Assembly (NCBI GenBank): GCA_016186625.1 | Contig: JACPLG010000008.1 | Coordinates: 16,071-80,070, forward strand | Length of the DNA stretch: 64,000 nucleotides | Direction: 5' to 3' | From: Candidatus Levyibacteriota bacterium | GTDB lineage: Bacteria; Patescibacteriota; Microgenomatia; Levybacterales; UBA12049 | Shown here: in pieces, positions 36,774-49,930 of the stretch | Layout of the letters: each line of letters opens with the position of its first letter | Position numbering within the stretch: position 1 is the stretch's first letter | The notes under the pieces: model-generated | Databases searched by the model: none | Told to the model about the DNA's origin: nothing | The model's input: the letters and a program-made list of their open reading frames with translations, nothing else | Program-made: the position numbers and the translations under genes

Positions 36774-37622
36774 CTATAAGGTTCTAGTTTGTTTATCTGC
36801 GGCATTAACAAGATTTTCCATTAGGCAGGCTACATTTAGCGGTCCTACTCCTCCTGGTGTTGGCGAATAATAACTTGTAATCCCTTCAACCTCGCTATCT
36901 TCATAGTCTCCTTTTAACTTGCCTTTTTTATCAGTAAAAAGCCCTACCCCTATAAGAATTACATTTTTTTTGATATCTTTTGCAGATAACACGTGTTTTC
37001 CGACAGCTGATACTACAATGTCTGAGCGCTTAAGAATTTGATCCCGATTTTTTGTTTTTGAATCTATAATGTTGGGGTTTGCTTCTTGTTTACTTAACAA
37101 TTCAATTATAGGACGGCCTGCTGTCTGACCTTTCCCAATTGCGGCAACTCTTTTACTATTTAGCCACTTTTTGAAGCCTTGTTTTTGTTTGCTCTGCCTA
37201 TAAACATACTTAAGCATTATAATTACAGCTTGGGCTACAGGTACAGGATATGCTGGGCGCGAACCAAAGCCATCGACTTCTTTACTAGGAGAAACTAAGT
37301 CAGTTAGTCTGTCTACTTCGATATTGCCTGGAGCAGGCCGCTGAAGAATAATTCCGTGGACTTTTGGATTTTTATCAAGTTTTTTAATAAGTTTTTCTAA
37401 TTCCTCATTCGTGGTTGTTTCTTTAACAGGAAGTACTTTGACTAATGCTCCAATTTCTTTAGCCTTGATCCCCTTTTGCCTTACATAAATATCCGAAGCA
37501 ACATTGTTTCCCATAAGGATTATTGCCAGAGTTGGGGTGACATTTTTTGATTTAAGACGCCTTACTCTGATTTTTAATTTGGAAAGTTTTTCGGAGGCAA
37601 GTTTTTTACCGTCAATTTTCAT
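36774..37622 (-). CDS. folD: Bifunctional methylenetetrahydrofolate dehydrogenase/cyclohydrolase
   Basis: MKIDGKKLA... N-terminus, a Rossmann region, and GGVGPLNVACLMENL. Confidence 0.85.
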   Translation of the reverse strand: MKIDGKKLASEKLSKLKIRVRRLKSKNVTPTLAIILMGNNVASDIYVRQKGIKAKEIGALVKVLPVKETTTNEELEKLIKKLDKNPKVHGIILQRPAPGNIEVDRLTDLVSPSKEVDGFGSRPAYPVPVAQAVIIMLKYVYRQSKQKQGFKKWLNSKRVAAIGKGQTAGRPIIELLSKQEANPNIIDSKTKNRDQILKRSDIVVSAVGKHVLSAKDIKKNVILIGVGLFTDKKGKLKGDYEDSEVEGITSYYSPTPGGVGPLNVACLMENLVNAADKQTRTL

Positions 37623-37751
37623 CCCGTTAAAGATAGCAAGCGTTTTAGTCTAAAACGCTTGCGTAAATCAGTAGTATAACCAGTATACCATTTGTGCTTT
37701 TCAAGCTTTGGAGAACTAAAACATAATATAATCGATCTTTAACGGGATTCA

Positions 37752-40229
37752 TTATTCAACACAGGTAATTGCTGCAACACCATCATTTTCTTTTGAAAAA
37801 CGCATTAGTATTACTCCTTGAGTGGCACGAGAAAGTTGAGGTATAGAGTTAATATCAAGTCTTACCACTAAACCCTTGCGCGAAGTTATTATTACTTCTT
37901 TACAGTTATGAGGAATGACTTGGGAAGATGCAACTTTTCCAGTTTTAGCTGTGACTTCTGCAATTTTTACACCCATTCCTCCTCTACTTTGTGCATTAAA
38001 TTCTAAAACTTTTGTTTTTTTCCCATACCCTTTTTCCATAATTGTCAGAAGCTGCGGATTCTCTCCTTTTCTAACGACATCCATTCCAACCACCAGGTCG
38101 TCTTTTGATAATTTTATCCCTCTTACTCCGCGGGTTGCTCTTCCCAAGGGTCTTACAAGTTTTTCAGGAAACCTTATGCATTTTCCGTTTCTGGTATATA
38201 CAAAAATATCATCGTTTCCTGTTGTTGGATTACTCCAGACTAATTCGTCTCCCCGGTCAAGTTTTATGGCAACAATTCCGGATTTTCTGATATTTTCAAA
38301 TTCATTTTTATCAGTTTTTTTAACAGTGCCGTTTCTTGTTGCTAGAAAGATATATTTAAATTCATCACCTTTGTTATAAGTAATAAAAGATTCGATTTTC
38401 TCATCTGATTCAATATTAATAAGATTTACTGCAGCGGTACCCTTGCTGGCTCTTGAAGATTCATCAATTTCATAAGCTTTTGTTTGATAAACCTTCCCTT
38501 TATTGGTAAAAAAAAGTATGTTGTCATGTGTCATGCAATATCTTATATTCTGAATTCCGTCCTCTTCCTTTGTGGTCATTCCTTTAACTCCTTTTCCACC
38601 GCGCTGTTGAGTCCGAAACGAAGTCAGGCTTTGTCTTTTTATATATCCAGTTGTTGTAAGCGTAATTACAGTTGGCTCATTTGGTATTAAATCTTCTTCG
38701 GAAAATTCGCCAACTTTTCCTTTATAGACTCTTGTCCTTCTCTCATCTGTAAATTTTTCTTTAAGATAATCACACTCATCTTTTATAACTTTTAGAATTT
38801 TCGAAGGATTGCCCAGGAGATCTTCTAGATATGCAATTGTTTCTTTTACCATTAGATATTCGTCTTCAATTTTTTGTTGTTCAAGTGCAGCAAGGCGGCG
38901 CAGCTGAAGATCTAATATTGCCGTTGCCTGAAGATCTGAGAGCTTAAACTTTTTCATAAGATTTTCCTTTGCATCTTCTTGAGTTTTACTTTGTCTTATC
39001 GTTTTAATAACCGCGTCAAGGTTATCAACCGCAATTTTTAATCCCTCTAAAATATGAAGCCTTGCTTTTGCTTGTGCCAGTTCAAATTCAGATCTTTTTT
39101 TGACGATCAAATAGCGATGTTTAATATATTCTTCAAGAATTGTTTTAAGATTTAGTGTCAGAGGGGTTGAGTCAACAAGGGCGACTATATTTGCCGGAAA
39201 AACAGTTTGAAGGCTTGTGTATTTGAAGAGATTATTAAGAACTCTTTTCGGCGAACTATCTCTTTTAAGCTCGACCACTATTCTTATCCCGTGCCGGTCA
39301 GATTCATCACGAAGGTCAGAAATTCCTTCCATTTTTTTTTCTTTGACAAGCTCAGCAATTCGCGCTACCAAAAGAGCCTTGTTAACCTGATATGGCAACT
39401 GCGTAATTATAATTGCGGATTTGCCCTGACCTATATCCTCAATTTCTGCTTTCCCGCGGATTAAAATTCTCCCCTTCCCCGTTGCGTAGACGTTTTTTAT
39501 CTCTGATATGTCATAAATGGCACCAGCTGTCGGGAAATCCGGGCCCTTAATAAATCCTAAAAGCTCATCAATTGTAACGTCCGATACTACGGAAAAAGAA
39601 GGCTTCTCAAGTACTTTGATTTTTTTAATCATATAGCTTATTGCATCAATTACTTCTCCGAGGTTATGAGGGGGAATCTTGGTTGCCATTCCCACGGCAA
39701 TACCCTCACTTCCCATAAGAAGCAGGTTGGGAAGGCGCGCTGGAAGAAAAGTAGGCTCAGTAATTGTTGCGTCAAAATTGGAAATAAATGTGACTGTCTC
39801 TTTCTCAATGTCGGTTAACATCTCATCAGAAATTGTGGCCATTCTTGCTTCTGTGTAACGCATTGCCGCGGGAGGATCGCCATCCATTGAGCCAAAATTT
39901 CCCTGACCGTCAATTAAGGGATAGCGCATTGAAAAATCCTGGGCAAGGCGAACAAGCGCATCGTAAATTGGCATGTCTCCATGAGGGTGGTATTTTCCCA
40001 TCACTTCTCCGACAATCTTTGCGCTTTTGGAATATTTAGAAGTGTGCCTGAGATTTAATTCATGCATTGCAAAGAGGATTCGTCTATGGACTGGTTTTAA
40101 TCCGTCTCTGACATCGGGTAGTGCTCGGGAAACAATAACGCTCATTGCGTAATCCAAATACGCCCGTTTCATCTCCCCTGTTATTTCTGTTTGTTGAAGT
40201 TTACCAATTTCAGCCATAAGACTAGTCAC
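37752..40229 (-). CDS. gyrA: DNA gyrase subunit A. The ORF start is GTG; the ATG four codons downstream is also possible.
   Basis: [26 protein letters not shown] and an active-site Tyr region, followed by a beta-pinwheel C-terminal domain. Confidence 0.95.
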   Translation of the reverse strand: MTSLMAEIGKLQQTEITGEMKRAYLDYAMSVIVSRALPDVRDGLKPVHRRILFAMHELNLRHTSKYSKSAKIVGEVMGKYHPHGDMPIYDALVRLAQDFSMRYPLIDGQGNFGSMDGDPPAAMRYTEARMATISDEMLTDIEKETVTFISNFDATITEPTFLPARLPNLLLMGSEGIAVGMATKIPPHNLGEVIDAISYMIKKIKVLEKPSFSVVSDVTIDELLGFIKGPDFPTAGAIYDISEIKNVYATGKGRILIRGKAEIEDIGQGKSAIIITQLPYQVNKALLVARIAELVKEKKMEGISDLRDESDRHGIRIVVELKRDSSPKRVLNNLFKYTSLQTVFPANIVALVDSTPLTLNLKTILEEYIKHRYLIVKKRSEFELAQAKARLHILEGLKIAVDNLDAVIKTIRQSKTQEDAKENLMKKFKLSDLQATAILDLQLRRLAALEQQKIEDEYLMVKETIAYLEDLLGNPSKILKVIKDECDYLKEKFTDERRTRVYKGKVGEFSEEDLIPNEPTVITLTTTGYIKRQSLTSFRTQQRGGKGVKGMTTKEEDGIQNIRYCMTHDNILFFTNKGKVYQTKAYEIDESSRASKGTAAVNLINIESDEKIESFITYNKGDEFKYIFLATRNGTVKKTDKNEFENIRKSGIVAIKLDRGDELVWSNPTTGNDDIFVYTRNGKCIRFPEKLVRPLGRATRGVRGIKLSKDDLVVGMDVVRKGENPQLLTIMEKGYGKKTKVLEFNAQSRGGMGVKIAEVTAKTGKVASSQVIPHNCKEVIITSRKGLVVRLDINSIPQLSRATQGVILMRFSKENDGVAAITCVE

Positions 40230-40316
40230 TAGTTACTAGATATTAGATATTAGTTTGTTGAGGAATTTTGTTACTTCGAAACTCAACTAATAACTAGTAT
40301 CTATTATCTAATATCT
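40229..40316. repeat. Large imperfect palindrome (ACTAGTCACTAGTTACTAGATATTAGATA ... TATCTAATATCTAG) between hppA and gyrA. It shares a 19-nt core with 47545-47572.
   Basis: Direct inspection of the sequence. Confidence 0.75.
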
Positions 40317-42351
40317 AGACAATGAAGGAGGCTATTAACAGTGCAACTATATTTAGAACCTTAATCATTGGGTTAATTGCCGGTCCAGCCGTGTCCTTGT
40401 AAGGATCCCCTACGGTGTCGCCAGTTACTGCTGCCTGATGGGCAAAACTTCCTTTTCCCCCAAGCTTTCCTTCCTCAATGTATTTTTTCGTATTGTCCCA
40501 AGCAGCACCTCCTGTTGTCATTGAAATGGCAACAAAAAGTCCAGTTATGATTGATCCTATTAAAAGTCCTCCCAAAGCTTTTGGACCGAGCAAAAAGCCT
40601 ACAAGAATAGGCGCCACAACTGGAATTAAGGCCGGAACAATCATTTGCCTAATCGCCGCTCTTGTAACAATATCAACTGCTTTTGCGTACTCGGGTTTTT
40701 CACTTCCTTCCGTAATCCCCTTGATTTGTCGGAATTGTCTTCTTACCTCATCTACAACTGCCCCGCTTGCTTTTCCAACCGCCTCCATAGCCAGGGCTCC
40801 AAAGAAATAAGGAAGAGCCCCTCCAATAAAAAGCCCGACAATAACTCTTGGGTCTGACAGGCTAAAAACTTGGGCAAGAGCTCCACTTAGACGGGTTAGT
40901 TCCTGCGTATAACTTGCAAAAAGAACTAAGGCGGCCAGCCCGGCAGAGCCAATCGCATATGCTTTTGTTACGGCCTTTGTGGTATTGCCTACTGCATCTA
41001 AGGGGTCAGTAACCTGCCTTACCTTCTGCGGAAGACCGGTCATCTCAACTATTCCTCCGGCGTTATCTGTAATTGGTCCAAATGCATCAATAGCAACAAT
41101 AATTCCAGTGAGAGAAAGCATACTCATGGCGGCAATTGCCACTCCATAAAGCCCGGCAAATTGGTGTGCAAGAAGAGTTCCGGCTGAAATTAGAAGTATT
41201 GGAGCAAGAGTGGATTTCATTGAAACTGCAAGACCTGCGATTATATTTGTTCCGTGACCTGTTGTTGATGCATTTGCAATAGTTTTAACAGGATTAAATT
41301 TTTTTGAAGTAAAATATTCAGTAATTGAGACCATCCCGATTGTAATAATAAGCCCGATTATTGAAGAGTAAAAAAGCGAAAGAGAAGAAATATTTCCAAG
41401 TCCTTGCGGAAAGAGAAAGTTTGTTAATGCAAAAAATCCCCCAAGAGACAAAAGCGCTGAGATAGTTAGACCCTGATAAAGCGCAGACATTATACTTTTT
41501 CCTCTTACCCTCACAAACCAAGTCCCTACAATACTTGTTAATATAGAAATTGCCCCAATAAGAAGCGGGTATACTAGTACAGTCTGATTTCCTTTGAAAG
41601 TAAGATCTCCTAAGAGCATTGCAGCAACTGCTGTGATTACATAAGTTTCAAATAAGTCTGCCGCCATTCCAGCATCATCTCCAACATTGTCTCCAACAAG
41701 GTCAGCTATTACTCCCGGATTTCTTGGGTCATCCTCTGGAATTCCCTTTTCAATCTTGCCTACCATATCTGTTCCAACGTCCGCGGACTTTGTGTAAATT
41801 CCTCCCCCCAGTCTTGCAAAAACAGAAATAAGCGAGCCCCCAAAGCCCAGTGCTATTAGTGGCTGGAGATTAGGAGTAGCGTCCTGGCTTTGAAGAAAAA
41901 AATAGAACCCCGAAACAGAAATAATCGCAAGGCCAACCACCATGAGTCCTGTTACAGCACCGCCTCTAAATGCCATGTTAAATGCAGGAGCAAGGCCACT
42001 TTTTGCAGCTTGCGCTGTTCGGATGTTACTTCTTACCGCAACAACCATTCCAACAATTCCAGCAATCGCAGAAAAAATTGCACCTATCCCAAATCCAATT
42101 GTTGTAAAAGAACCGAAAACAAAATAGAGAATAGCAGCTATTACTGCCCCAATTACCAAAACAACCGTATATTGCGTGCGAAGAAAAGCCGATGCGCCCT
42201 GAGAAATTGCGTCTGCAATTTCATTCATTGCGCTGTCTCCTCTTGGGCTTTTGAGAATTAAAGCACTTAAAAATATTGCGTAAATTATAGATAGAATCCC
42301 TACTCCTAAGCAGATTTGAAGTGCATTATTGAGAATGAATGATAAATCCAT
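40315..42351 (-). CDS. hppA: Membrane-bound proton/sodium-translocating pyrophosphatase
   Basis: [17 protein letters not shown] and DNVGDDAG motifs. About 16 TM segments. Confidence 0.9.
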   Translation of the reverse strand: MDLSFILNNALQICLGVGILSIIYAIFLSALILKSPRGDSAMNEIADAISQGASAFLRTQYTVVLVIGAVIAAILYFVFGSFTTIGFGIGAIFSAIAGIVGMVVAVRSNIRTAQAAKSGLAPAFNMAFRGGAVTGLMVVGLAIISVSGFYFFLQSQDATPNLQPLIALGFGGSLISVFARLGGGIYTKSADVGTDMVGKIEKGIPEDDPRNPGVIADLVGDNVGDDAGMAADLFETYVITAVAAMLLGDLTFKGNQTVLVYPLLIGAISILTSIVGTWFVRVRGKSIMSALYQGLTISALLSLGGFFALTNFLFPQGLGNISSLSLFYSSIIGLIITIGMVSITEYFTSKKFNPVKTIANASTTGHGTNIIAGLAVSMKSTLAPILLISAGTLLAHQFAGLYGVAIAAMSMLSLTGIIVAIDAFGPITDNAGGIVEMTGLPQKVRQVTDPLDAVGNTTKAVTKAYAIGSAGLAALVLFASYTQELTRLSGALAQVFSLSDPRVIVGLFIGGALPYFFGALAMEAVGKASGAVVDEVRRQFRQIKGITEGSEKPEYAKAVDIVTRAAIRQMIVPALIPVVAPILVGFLLGPKALGGLLIGSIITGLFVAISMTTGGAAWDNTKKYIEEGKLGGKGSFAHQAAVTGDTVGDPYKDTAGPAINPMIKVLNIVALLIASFIV

Positions 42352-42493
42352 AAAAAAGTATTATAGCCTCAAGGATATTAAATATCAAATATTAAATAGT
42401 AAAAATACATATAAAAAATAAAATATAAAAAGCAGAAACTATTTAATATTTACTATGTATATTTGCTATTTACTTTTTACTATTTGATATAAT

Positions 42494-44369
<1,876 letters not shown>

Positions 44370-44419
44370 TTAGTTTGTAGCTATGCTATTTTAGCAGAAA
44401 AAACGACAATTTTCTACTG

Positions 44420-44749
44420 TTAAGGGAATTGGGTTTCAAGAATCTTGTCATAATTATTCTGTACTGAATTTATAAAGTTTATTGAATAAATAATTACAAT
44501 TCCTGTTGAAATAAAAGTAATAACAATCGCCGCAAGTCCTAGTATTTGGGCTTTTGTGTTATCTTTCAAAAGGTACCTAATGCCGGGAATTAAGCCTAAA
44601 GGAGGAAGAAAAATACTTTCCAGAACAATTACAATCGTTTTTCCCCAGGAAAATCTAAAAGGAGGCTCTTTTAACTTCTTCCCGCAATTAGGACAGAAAT
44701 AAAAAGTATCGGAAATCGGAGCCTTACAATACTTGCATGTAGGATTCAT
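44420..44749 (-). CDS. Zinc-ribbon membrane protein
   Basis: CKYCKAPISDTFYFCPNCG followed by 2 TM segments. Confidence 0.45.
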   Translation of the reverse strand: MNPTCKYCKAPISDTFYFCPNCGKKLKEPPFRFSWGKTIVIVLESIFLPPLGLIPGIRYLLKDNTKAQILGLAAIVITFISTGIVIIYSINFINSVQNNYDKILETQFP

Positions 44750-44846
44750 CTACTTTTAGCATACAACTTTTTAAAAGTTTAATCAGTATATTTCCTACCT
44801 CTACTACCTATAGCCTTCCAAGGCGTCACCTTGGAAGGCTGGGCCA

Positions 44847-45512
44847 CTATAGGTTGAGAAATAAATTTTCTAATGCCAGGCGAGTATTAACGTTTGTGGT
44901 TTTCAAGTCGTAATGGGTAAGTTCCATTTTGTGGATTAATTTCCTAAGCTTTAATGCTTCTTGTTTGTCTTCTAAATTTCGAATCATCTCTTTTCTTGCT
45001 GCAAGAATTGTTTGCTCAAGCCACTTAATTGCGCCTCTTTTGTCGCTTGAAATATCCTGGGCGAGTTTTAGTCTCTCCCCAATTTTTAACATTCTCAAAT
45101 TCTTAAGAAAATCAGAATGCTCGCCTGTATCACTGCCGATCGAAAATAAGAATTCTGTACCAAGATCTATTAATTTACACCTCGATAAAATTGTAGGTAG
45201 AAAACTTTGATAATTATCCGTGATCAAAAATATAAGAGTGCTTGGAGGTGGCTCTTCCAAAAGCTTAAGCATTGAATTTTGGGCTTCCGTTGTTGCGCTC
45301 TCCCGGATTATTACAATTACTGCCTTTTTCTCACCCCTAAACGGTTTTAGAAAAATCCTTTTCTGGATATTCCTCACCTCGTCAATTCCAAGTGCTTTCT
45401 CAAACTCCAAAATTTCAATATCAAATTTATCGATCTTATGTTGATCGATAAGGCTTTGCGCTTCCCCAGTTCCCTTTTCTAAATTCCTTGAAGAAATGAT
45501 AAAAGTCTGCAT
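44847..45512 (-). CDS. holB: DNA polymerase III delta'-like clamp-loader subunit (truncated AAA+; no Walker A)
   Basis: NSMLKLLEEPPPSTLIFLITDNYQSFLPTILSRC matches the sensor/SRC region of delta'/DnaX. Confidence 0.55.
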   Translation of the reverse strand: MQTFIISSRNLEKGTGEAQSLIDQHKIDKFDIEILEFEKALGIDEVRNIQKRIFLKPFRGEKKAVIVIIRESATTEAQNSMLKLLEEPPPSTLIFLITDNYQSFLPTILSRCKLIDLGTEFLFSIGSDTGEHSDFLKNLRMLKIGERLKLAQDISSDKRGAIKWLEQTILAARKEMIRNLEDKQEALKLRKLIHKMELTHYDLKTTNVNTRLALENLFLNL

Positions 45513-45775
45513 ATTAGATTGCTCGGAGTCCTGTTCAATCTCGGAAAACTCGGAAAACTCAGCGGACCAGATATCCTCAGGGATATCAGAAATTCAGAAC
45601 TCCGGATCTCCCGCCTGCCATGCCTGGCACTGGCGGGCAGGCTGATTATCCGATCGTCTGAGTTTTCTGGCAATCTGAGTAATCATCTGAGTATTCTTAA
45701 AAATCCTCTTGCAGGTGAACCATCCTAAAGTTCCACCCCTCGCGTATTTTACTACGTATTTTTGCTATTTACTAT

Positions 45776-47533
45776 TTGATATTTAATATTGAATTTCCTA
45801 CTATTATAGTAATGCCCGCATATCAATCAAGTTCATCAAGTCAGTCTTCACTTCTGGATGCGCTATTAGCCTCGCATTTTATATCACAGTCTCAATATAA
45901 TGAAGTCAAATTGAGAGCAATTTCTCAGGGGATACCTGAAGAAGATGTACTCGTGTCTATGGGACTGGTGAGTGAAGATAGGCTATCAGAAACTAAAGCG
46001 AAGATTCTAGGTGTTCCCTACATTTCACTTGATTCCACCTCATTTTCTCCCCAAGCATTAGGTTTTGTTTCTCAGGCTGTGGTGCAAAGATTTAATTTAA
46101 TACCGTTCTCATATGATGACAGATCAAAAACTCTTTCAATTGCTATGGCAAATCCGGTGGACTTGGATGCAATTTCTTTTGTCAGGCAAAAAACAGGACT
46201 TAACATTAAAACTTTTGCCGCTTCTCCTTCTGCCATAAAACAGGCAATTGATATTCAATACAAACAGGAATTAGTCGGCCAAGTTGGCGAAGCGCTTAAA
46301 GAAACCGAGGATGTAACAAAGACAAAAACAGTTGACGTAACCCAAATTGCCCAGATAATCAAAGAAGCTCCAATTGCCAAAATAGTATCAACTATCCTTG
46401 AATATGCTGTAAAAAGCAGGGCCTCAGATGTGCACATTGAGCCGCAGGAAGAAAGAGTAAGAGTACGCTACAGGATTGACGGAATTTTATATGACCGTCT
46501 AAGTCTTCCTAAAAGCGTACAAGAAGCAGTAGTTTCAAGAATCAAAATTCTGTCTGAAATGAAAATAGATGAACATAGAATTCCTCAGGATGGCCGTTTT
46601 AATTTTAAAATAGAAGATAAAGAAGTTGATCTTCGCATCTCTGTGCTTCCTGCTGTGCACGGTGAAAAGGTTGTAATGAGGTTACTCCGAAAAAGCGGAG
46701 GAATACCCACTCTTGAGGAGCTTGGCCTAGTGGGCACAGCACTTAGAAGTCTTGAAAATAATATGCTTCGCCCCCACGGAATAATTATTGTTTGTGGGCC
46801 TACTGGTTCAGGAAAAACAACTACCCTTTATGCGGTTCTTAGCAAACTCAACAGCCCAAAAGTTAATATTCTAACTCTTGAAGACCCAGTTGAGTATGAG
46901 ATTCCTAGCGTTAATCAGGTGCAGGTGAACCCCGCGGTAGGGCTTACTTTTGCAACAGGCCTTAGGGCTTTTCTTAGACAAGACCCTAACATAATTCTTG
47001 TTGGAGAAATACGCGATAAAGAAACTACAGACTTAGCAATTCAGGCAGCGCTCACTGGTCATTTAGTTTTTTCAACGCTTCATACTTCAAATGCTTCAGG
47101 AGCACTACCAAGACTTGTTGATTTAGGTGCTGAAACATTTCTCCTCTCCTCTACCATGAATGCAATTGTAGGGCAGCGAATTGTAAGACGTCTTTGCCAG
47201 AACTGTAAAGCCCCCTACCCTCCCCCAGAACAAATTTCTGAGATGATAAAAAAGGACCTGGGCACGCTTATGCCTCCTGGAGAATTCAAGCTTTTTAGGG
47301 CTCAGGGATGCTCTGAGTGTGATAATTCAGGCTACATTGGGAGAATCGGAATATTTGAAGTGCTTCCTGTGACAGAAAGAATAGCTGCTATGATATTAAG
47401 AAGAGCAGATAGTATCAATTTGGAAAAAGAAGCAATTTTAGAGGGAATGATAACAATGAAACAAGACGGGTACTTTAAAGCTCTAAAAGGAATAACAACG
47501 GTTGAGGAAGTTTTGCGAGTAGCGCAGGAATAA
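45776..47533 (+). CDS. pilB: Type IV pilus assembly ATPase PilB/GspE
   Basis: GSPII_E N-domain. Walker A GPTGSGKTTTLYA, Asp/His boxes and a tetracysteine motif (CQNCK...CSECDNSG). Confidence 0.9.
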   Translation: MIFNIEFPTIIVMPAYQSSSSSQSSLLDALLASHFISQSQYNEVKLRAISQGIPEEDVLVSMGLVSEDRLSETKAKILGVPYISLDSTSFSPQALGFVSQAVVQRFNLIPFSYDDRSKTLSIAMANPVDLDAISFVRQKTGLNIKTFAASPSAIKQAIDIQYKQELVGQVGEALKETEDVTKTKTVDVTQIAQIIKEAPIAKIVSTILEYAVKSRASDVHIEPQEERVRVRYRIDGILYDRLSLPKSVQEAVVSRIKILSEMKIDEHRIPQDGRFNFKIEDKEVDLRISVLPAVHGEKVVMRLLRKSGGIPTLEELGLVGTALRSLENNMLRPHGIIIVCGPTGSGKTTTLYAVLSKLNSPKVNILTLEDPVEYEIPSVNQVQVNPAVGLTFATGLRAFLRQDPNIILVGEIRDKETTDLAIQAALTGHLVFSTLHTSNASGALPRLVDLGAETFLLSSTMNAIVGQRIVRRLCQNCKAPYPPPEQISEMIKKDLGTLMPPGEFKLFRAQGCSECDNSGYIGRIGIFEVLPVTERIAAMILRRADSINLEKEAILEGMITMKQDGYFKALKGITTVEEVLRVAQE

Positions 47534-47544
47534 ATCAGTAAACT

Positions 47545-47572
47545 AGATACTAGTCACTAGTTACTAGTATCT
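47545..47572. repeat. Palindromic element AGATACTAGTCACTAGTTACTAGTATCT immediately upstream of pilT
   Basis: Shares ACTAGTCACTAGTTACTAG with 40233-40256. Confidence 0.75.
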
Positions 47573-47579
47573 GAAATGT

Positions 47580-48647
47580 ATGGATATTAAAGAACTATTA
47601 AATTTAACAGTAAAAAATAAGGCATCAGACCTTCATCTTTTGGTGGGTATTGCGCCAACTCTTAGAATTGATGGAGTACTGCATCAGCTAGCCAATTATC
47701 AGCCACTTAGAAACGAAGAAATCGAAGCAATGGTATTCTCCATAATAAGTCCACACCAAAAGCAACTTCTACTTGCCAATAAAGAACTTGATTTTTCATT
47801 TGGTTTTGGAAAAGACGCAAAAGGAAGTGAGGGGCGTTTCAGAGTAAACATTTATTATCAAAGAGGATATTTATCAGGTGCTTTCAGATACCTTGAGCCA
47901 ACAATAAGAACTGTTGAAGAACTTAGGCTTCCAAAAATCTGCAATTCATTCTCCTCTCTTAAACAGGGGTTCGTTCTAGTAACAGGTCCTACAGGACACG
48001 GAAAATCAACAACTCTTGCTGCAATGATAAATCAAATTAATCAGAGCCGAGCAGCCCATATATTAACAATCGAGGATCCTATTGAATATGTTTATCCTCT
48101 GGGAAAAAGTATTATATCTCAAAGAGAAATGGGGCTTGATTCCCATTCGTGGAGTTATGCACTCCGATCGGCTCTAAGAGAAGACCCGGACGTAGTTCTT
48201 ATTGGGGAAATGAGAGATCCAGAAACCATCTCATCAGCCATAACAATTGCCGAAACAGGACATTTGGTATTTTCCACCCTTCACACCAACTCTGCTTCTC
48301 AAACAATTGATAGGATCATAGACTCTTTTCCGCCCGGTCAGCAGTCTCAAGTCAGGATTCAGCTTGCAGCGACCCTTAAGGGAATTATTTCCCAGCGCCT
48401 CCTCCCGCAAATTAACGGAGGCAGAGTCCCTGCCGCAGAAGTTTTGATTGGGAATAATGCAGTTTCAACTAATATCCGCGACGGTAAGACCCATCTAATA
48501 GACTCAATAATTGAAACATCGCAAGAGATTGGAATGATAAGTCTTGAATCCTCGCTTTCCTCACTTGTTATGACCGGATCAATTAGCTTAGAGACTGCCA
48601 AAAGTTATGCAACAAGACCTGACGATCTTCTGAGAATGATTGTTTGA
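47580..48647 (+). CDS. pilT: Twitching-motility retraction ATPase PilT
   Basis: GPTGHGKSTTLAAMIN Walker A and a PilT-type AIRNLIRE-like region. Confidence 0.9.
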   Translation: MDIKELLNLTVKNKASDLHLLVGIAPTLRIDGVLHQLANYQPLRNEEIEAMVFSIISPHQKQLLLANKELDFSFGFGKDAKGSEGRFRVNIYYQRGYLSGAFRYLEPTIRTVEELRLPKICNSFSSLKQGFVLVTGPTGHGKSTTLAAMINQINQSRAAHILTIEDPIEYVYPLGKSIISQREMGLDSHSWSYALRSALREDPDVVLIGEMRDPETISSAITIAETGHLVFSTLHTNSASQTIDRIIDSFPPGQQSQVRIQLAATLKGIISQRLLPQINGGRVPAAEVLIGNNAVSTNIRDGKTHLIDSIIETSQEIGMISLESSLSSLVMTGSISLETAKSYATRPDDLLRMIV

Positions 48648-49855
48648 TTATGAGACTTAGATATAAAGCGGTTTCCCAAGAAGGAAAAAAAATAAGAGGG
48701 TTTGTTGAGGCTAAAGAGATTAAAGATGCTGCCTATTACCTGCGACAAAGGAATTTAATTCCAATACAAATTTCAAAAGAAACAGAATTTTTTCTGACTA
48801 AAAAAGTTCCGGGAATTGGAAGAGTTAAGTCAAAAGATGTCATTCTTTTTACAAGACAATTGTCTTCTATGCTTTCCTCAGGACTAACACTAATTAGGGC
48901 ACTTGAGATTTTAAAGGAACAGACTACAAATAAAATTCTTCAAGAAACAATCGGAGGCATTCTTCTGGATTTACAGGAAGGGAAATCTTTCTCAGAGTCC
49001 ATTGCTAAATATCCGGATATATTTTCTCCAGTTTATATATCCTTGGTAAGAGCCGGTGAATCCTCAGGATTACTAGATAAAATTTTTCTAAGACTTGCGA
49101 CCAATCTTGAAAAGCAGCGAAGACTAAGAAATACCGTAAAAGGAGCACTTATGTATCCCGCGGTTGTTGTAACGCTCATGTTTGTTGTGATTATGATACT
49201 GATGATTTTTGTTGTACCACAACTCAATACCCTTTATGAGAGTCTTAATATAGAGCTTCCTTTTGTAACAAGAGTTGTAGTTGGAATTTCAAGCTCTGTT
49301 GGGAAAATCTGGCCGCTAATTATTGGTCTTGGAGGTGTAGTTATATATGCATTTTTAAGATGGAAAAAAACGCCGAAAGGAAAAGAGACATATGATAGCC
49401 GCATCATTCAACTTCCGCTTTTTGGGAAAATCATAAAGCAGACTATTCTTACGGAGTTTTCAAGAACCTTTGGGCTTTTGGTGGGGACAGGGACTTTAAT
49501 AGTTGATGCTCTTTCTCAGAGCTCAAAAGTAACCGGGAATTATGTTTATGAAAAAGCAATTGATGAGGTAGCTGATAGAGTTGAGAAAGGTGTCCCGGTG
49601 GGAGAAGCTATGAGTTATCATCCAATATTCCCTACTCTTCTTGTCCAACTTGTAAAATCAGGCGAAGAAACAGGAAAAATGGATGAGAATTTACTTAAGG
49701 CTTCTGAATATTTTGAGGAAGAAGTAAATCAGGCTGTAAAAACCTTAACAACTGCCATGGAACCATTTATCATGATAGTTCTAGGAATTGGAGTTGGATT
49801 TTTAGTCTTTTCGGTTATTACGCCTCTTTACAGCCTTCTGTCTGCAATTCAGTAG
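48644..49855 (+). CDS. pilC: Type IV pilus platform protein PilC (GspF family)
   Basis: Two T2SSF repeats and 3 TM segments. Confidence 0.85.
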   Translation: MIMRLRYKAVSQEGKKIRGFVEAKEIKDAAYYLRQRNLIPIQISKETEFFLTKKVPGIGRVKSKDVILFTRQLSSMLSSGLTLIRALEILKEQTTNKILQETIGGILLDLQEGKSFSESIAKYPDIFSPVYISLVRAGESSGLLDKIFLRLATNLEKQRRLRNTVKGALMYPAVVVTLMFVVIMILMIFVVPQLNTLYESLNIELPFVTRVVVGISSSVGKIWPLIIGLGGVVIYAFLRWKKTPKGKETYDSRIIQLPLFGKIIKQTILTEFSRTFGLLVGTGTLIVDALSQSSKVTGNYVYEKAIDEVADRVEKGVPVGEAMSYHPIFPTLLVQLVKSGEETGKMDENLLKASEYFEEEVNQAVKTLTTAMEPFIMIVLGIGVGFLVFSVITPLYSLLSAIQ

Positions 49856-49930
49856 GCCGTACCTTTATCTTATCTAAGGCTAAAATAACACTTGACAAAA
49901 GAAAAGTTATGTGCTCATACTGAAGTATAA

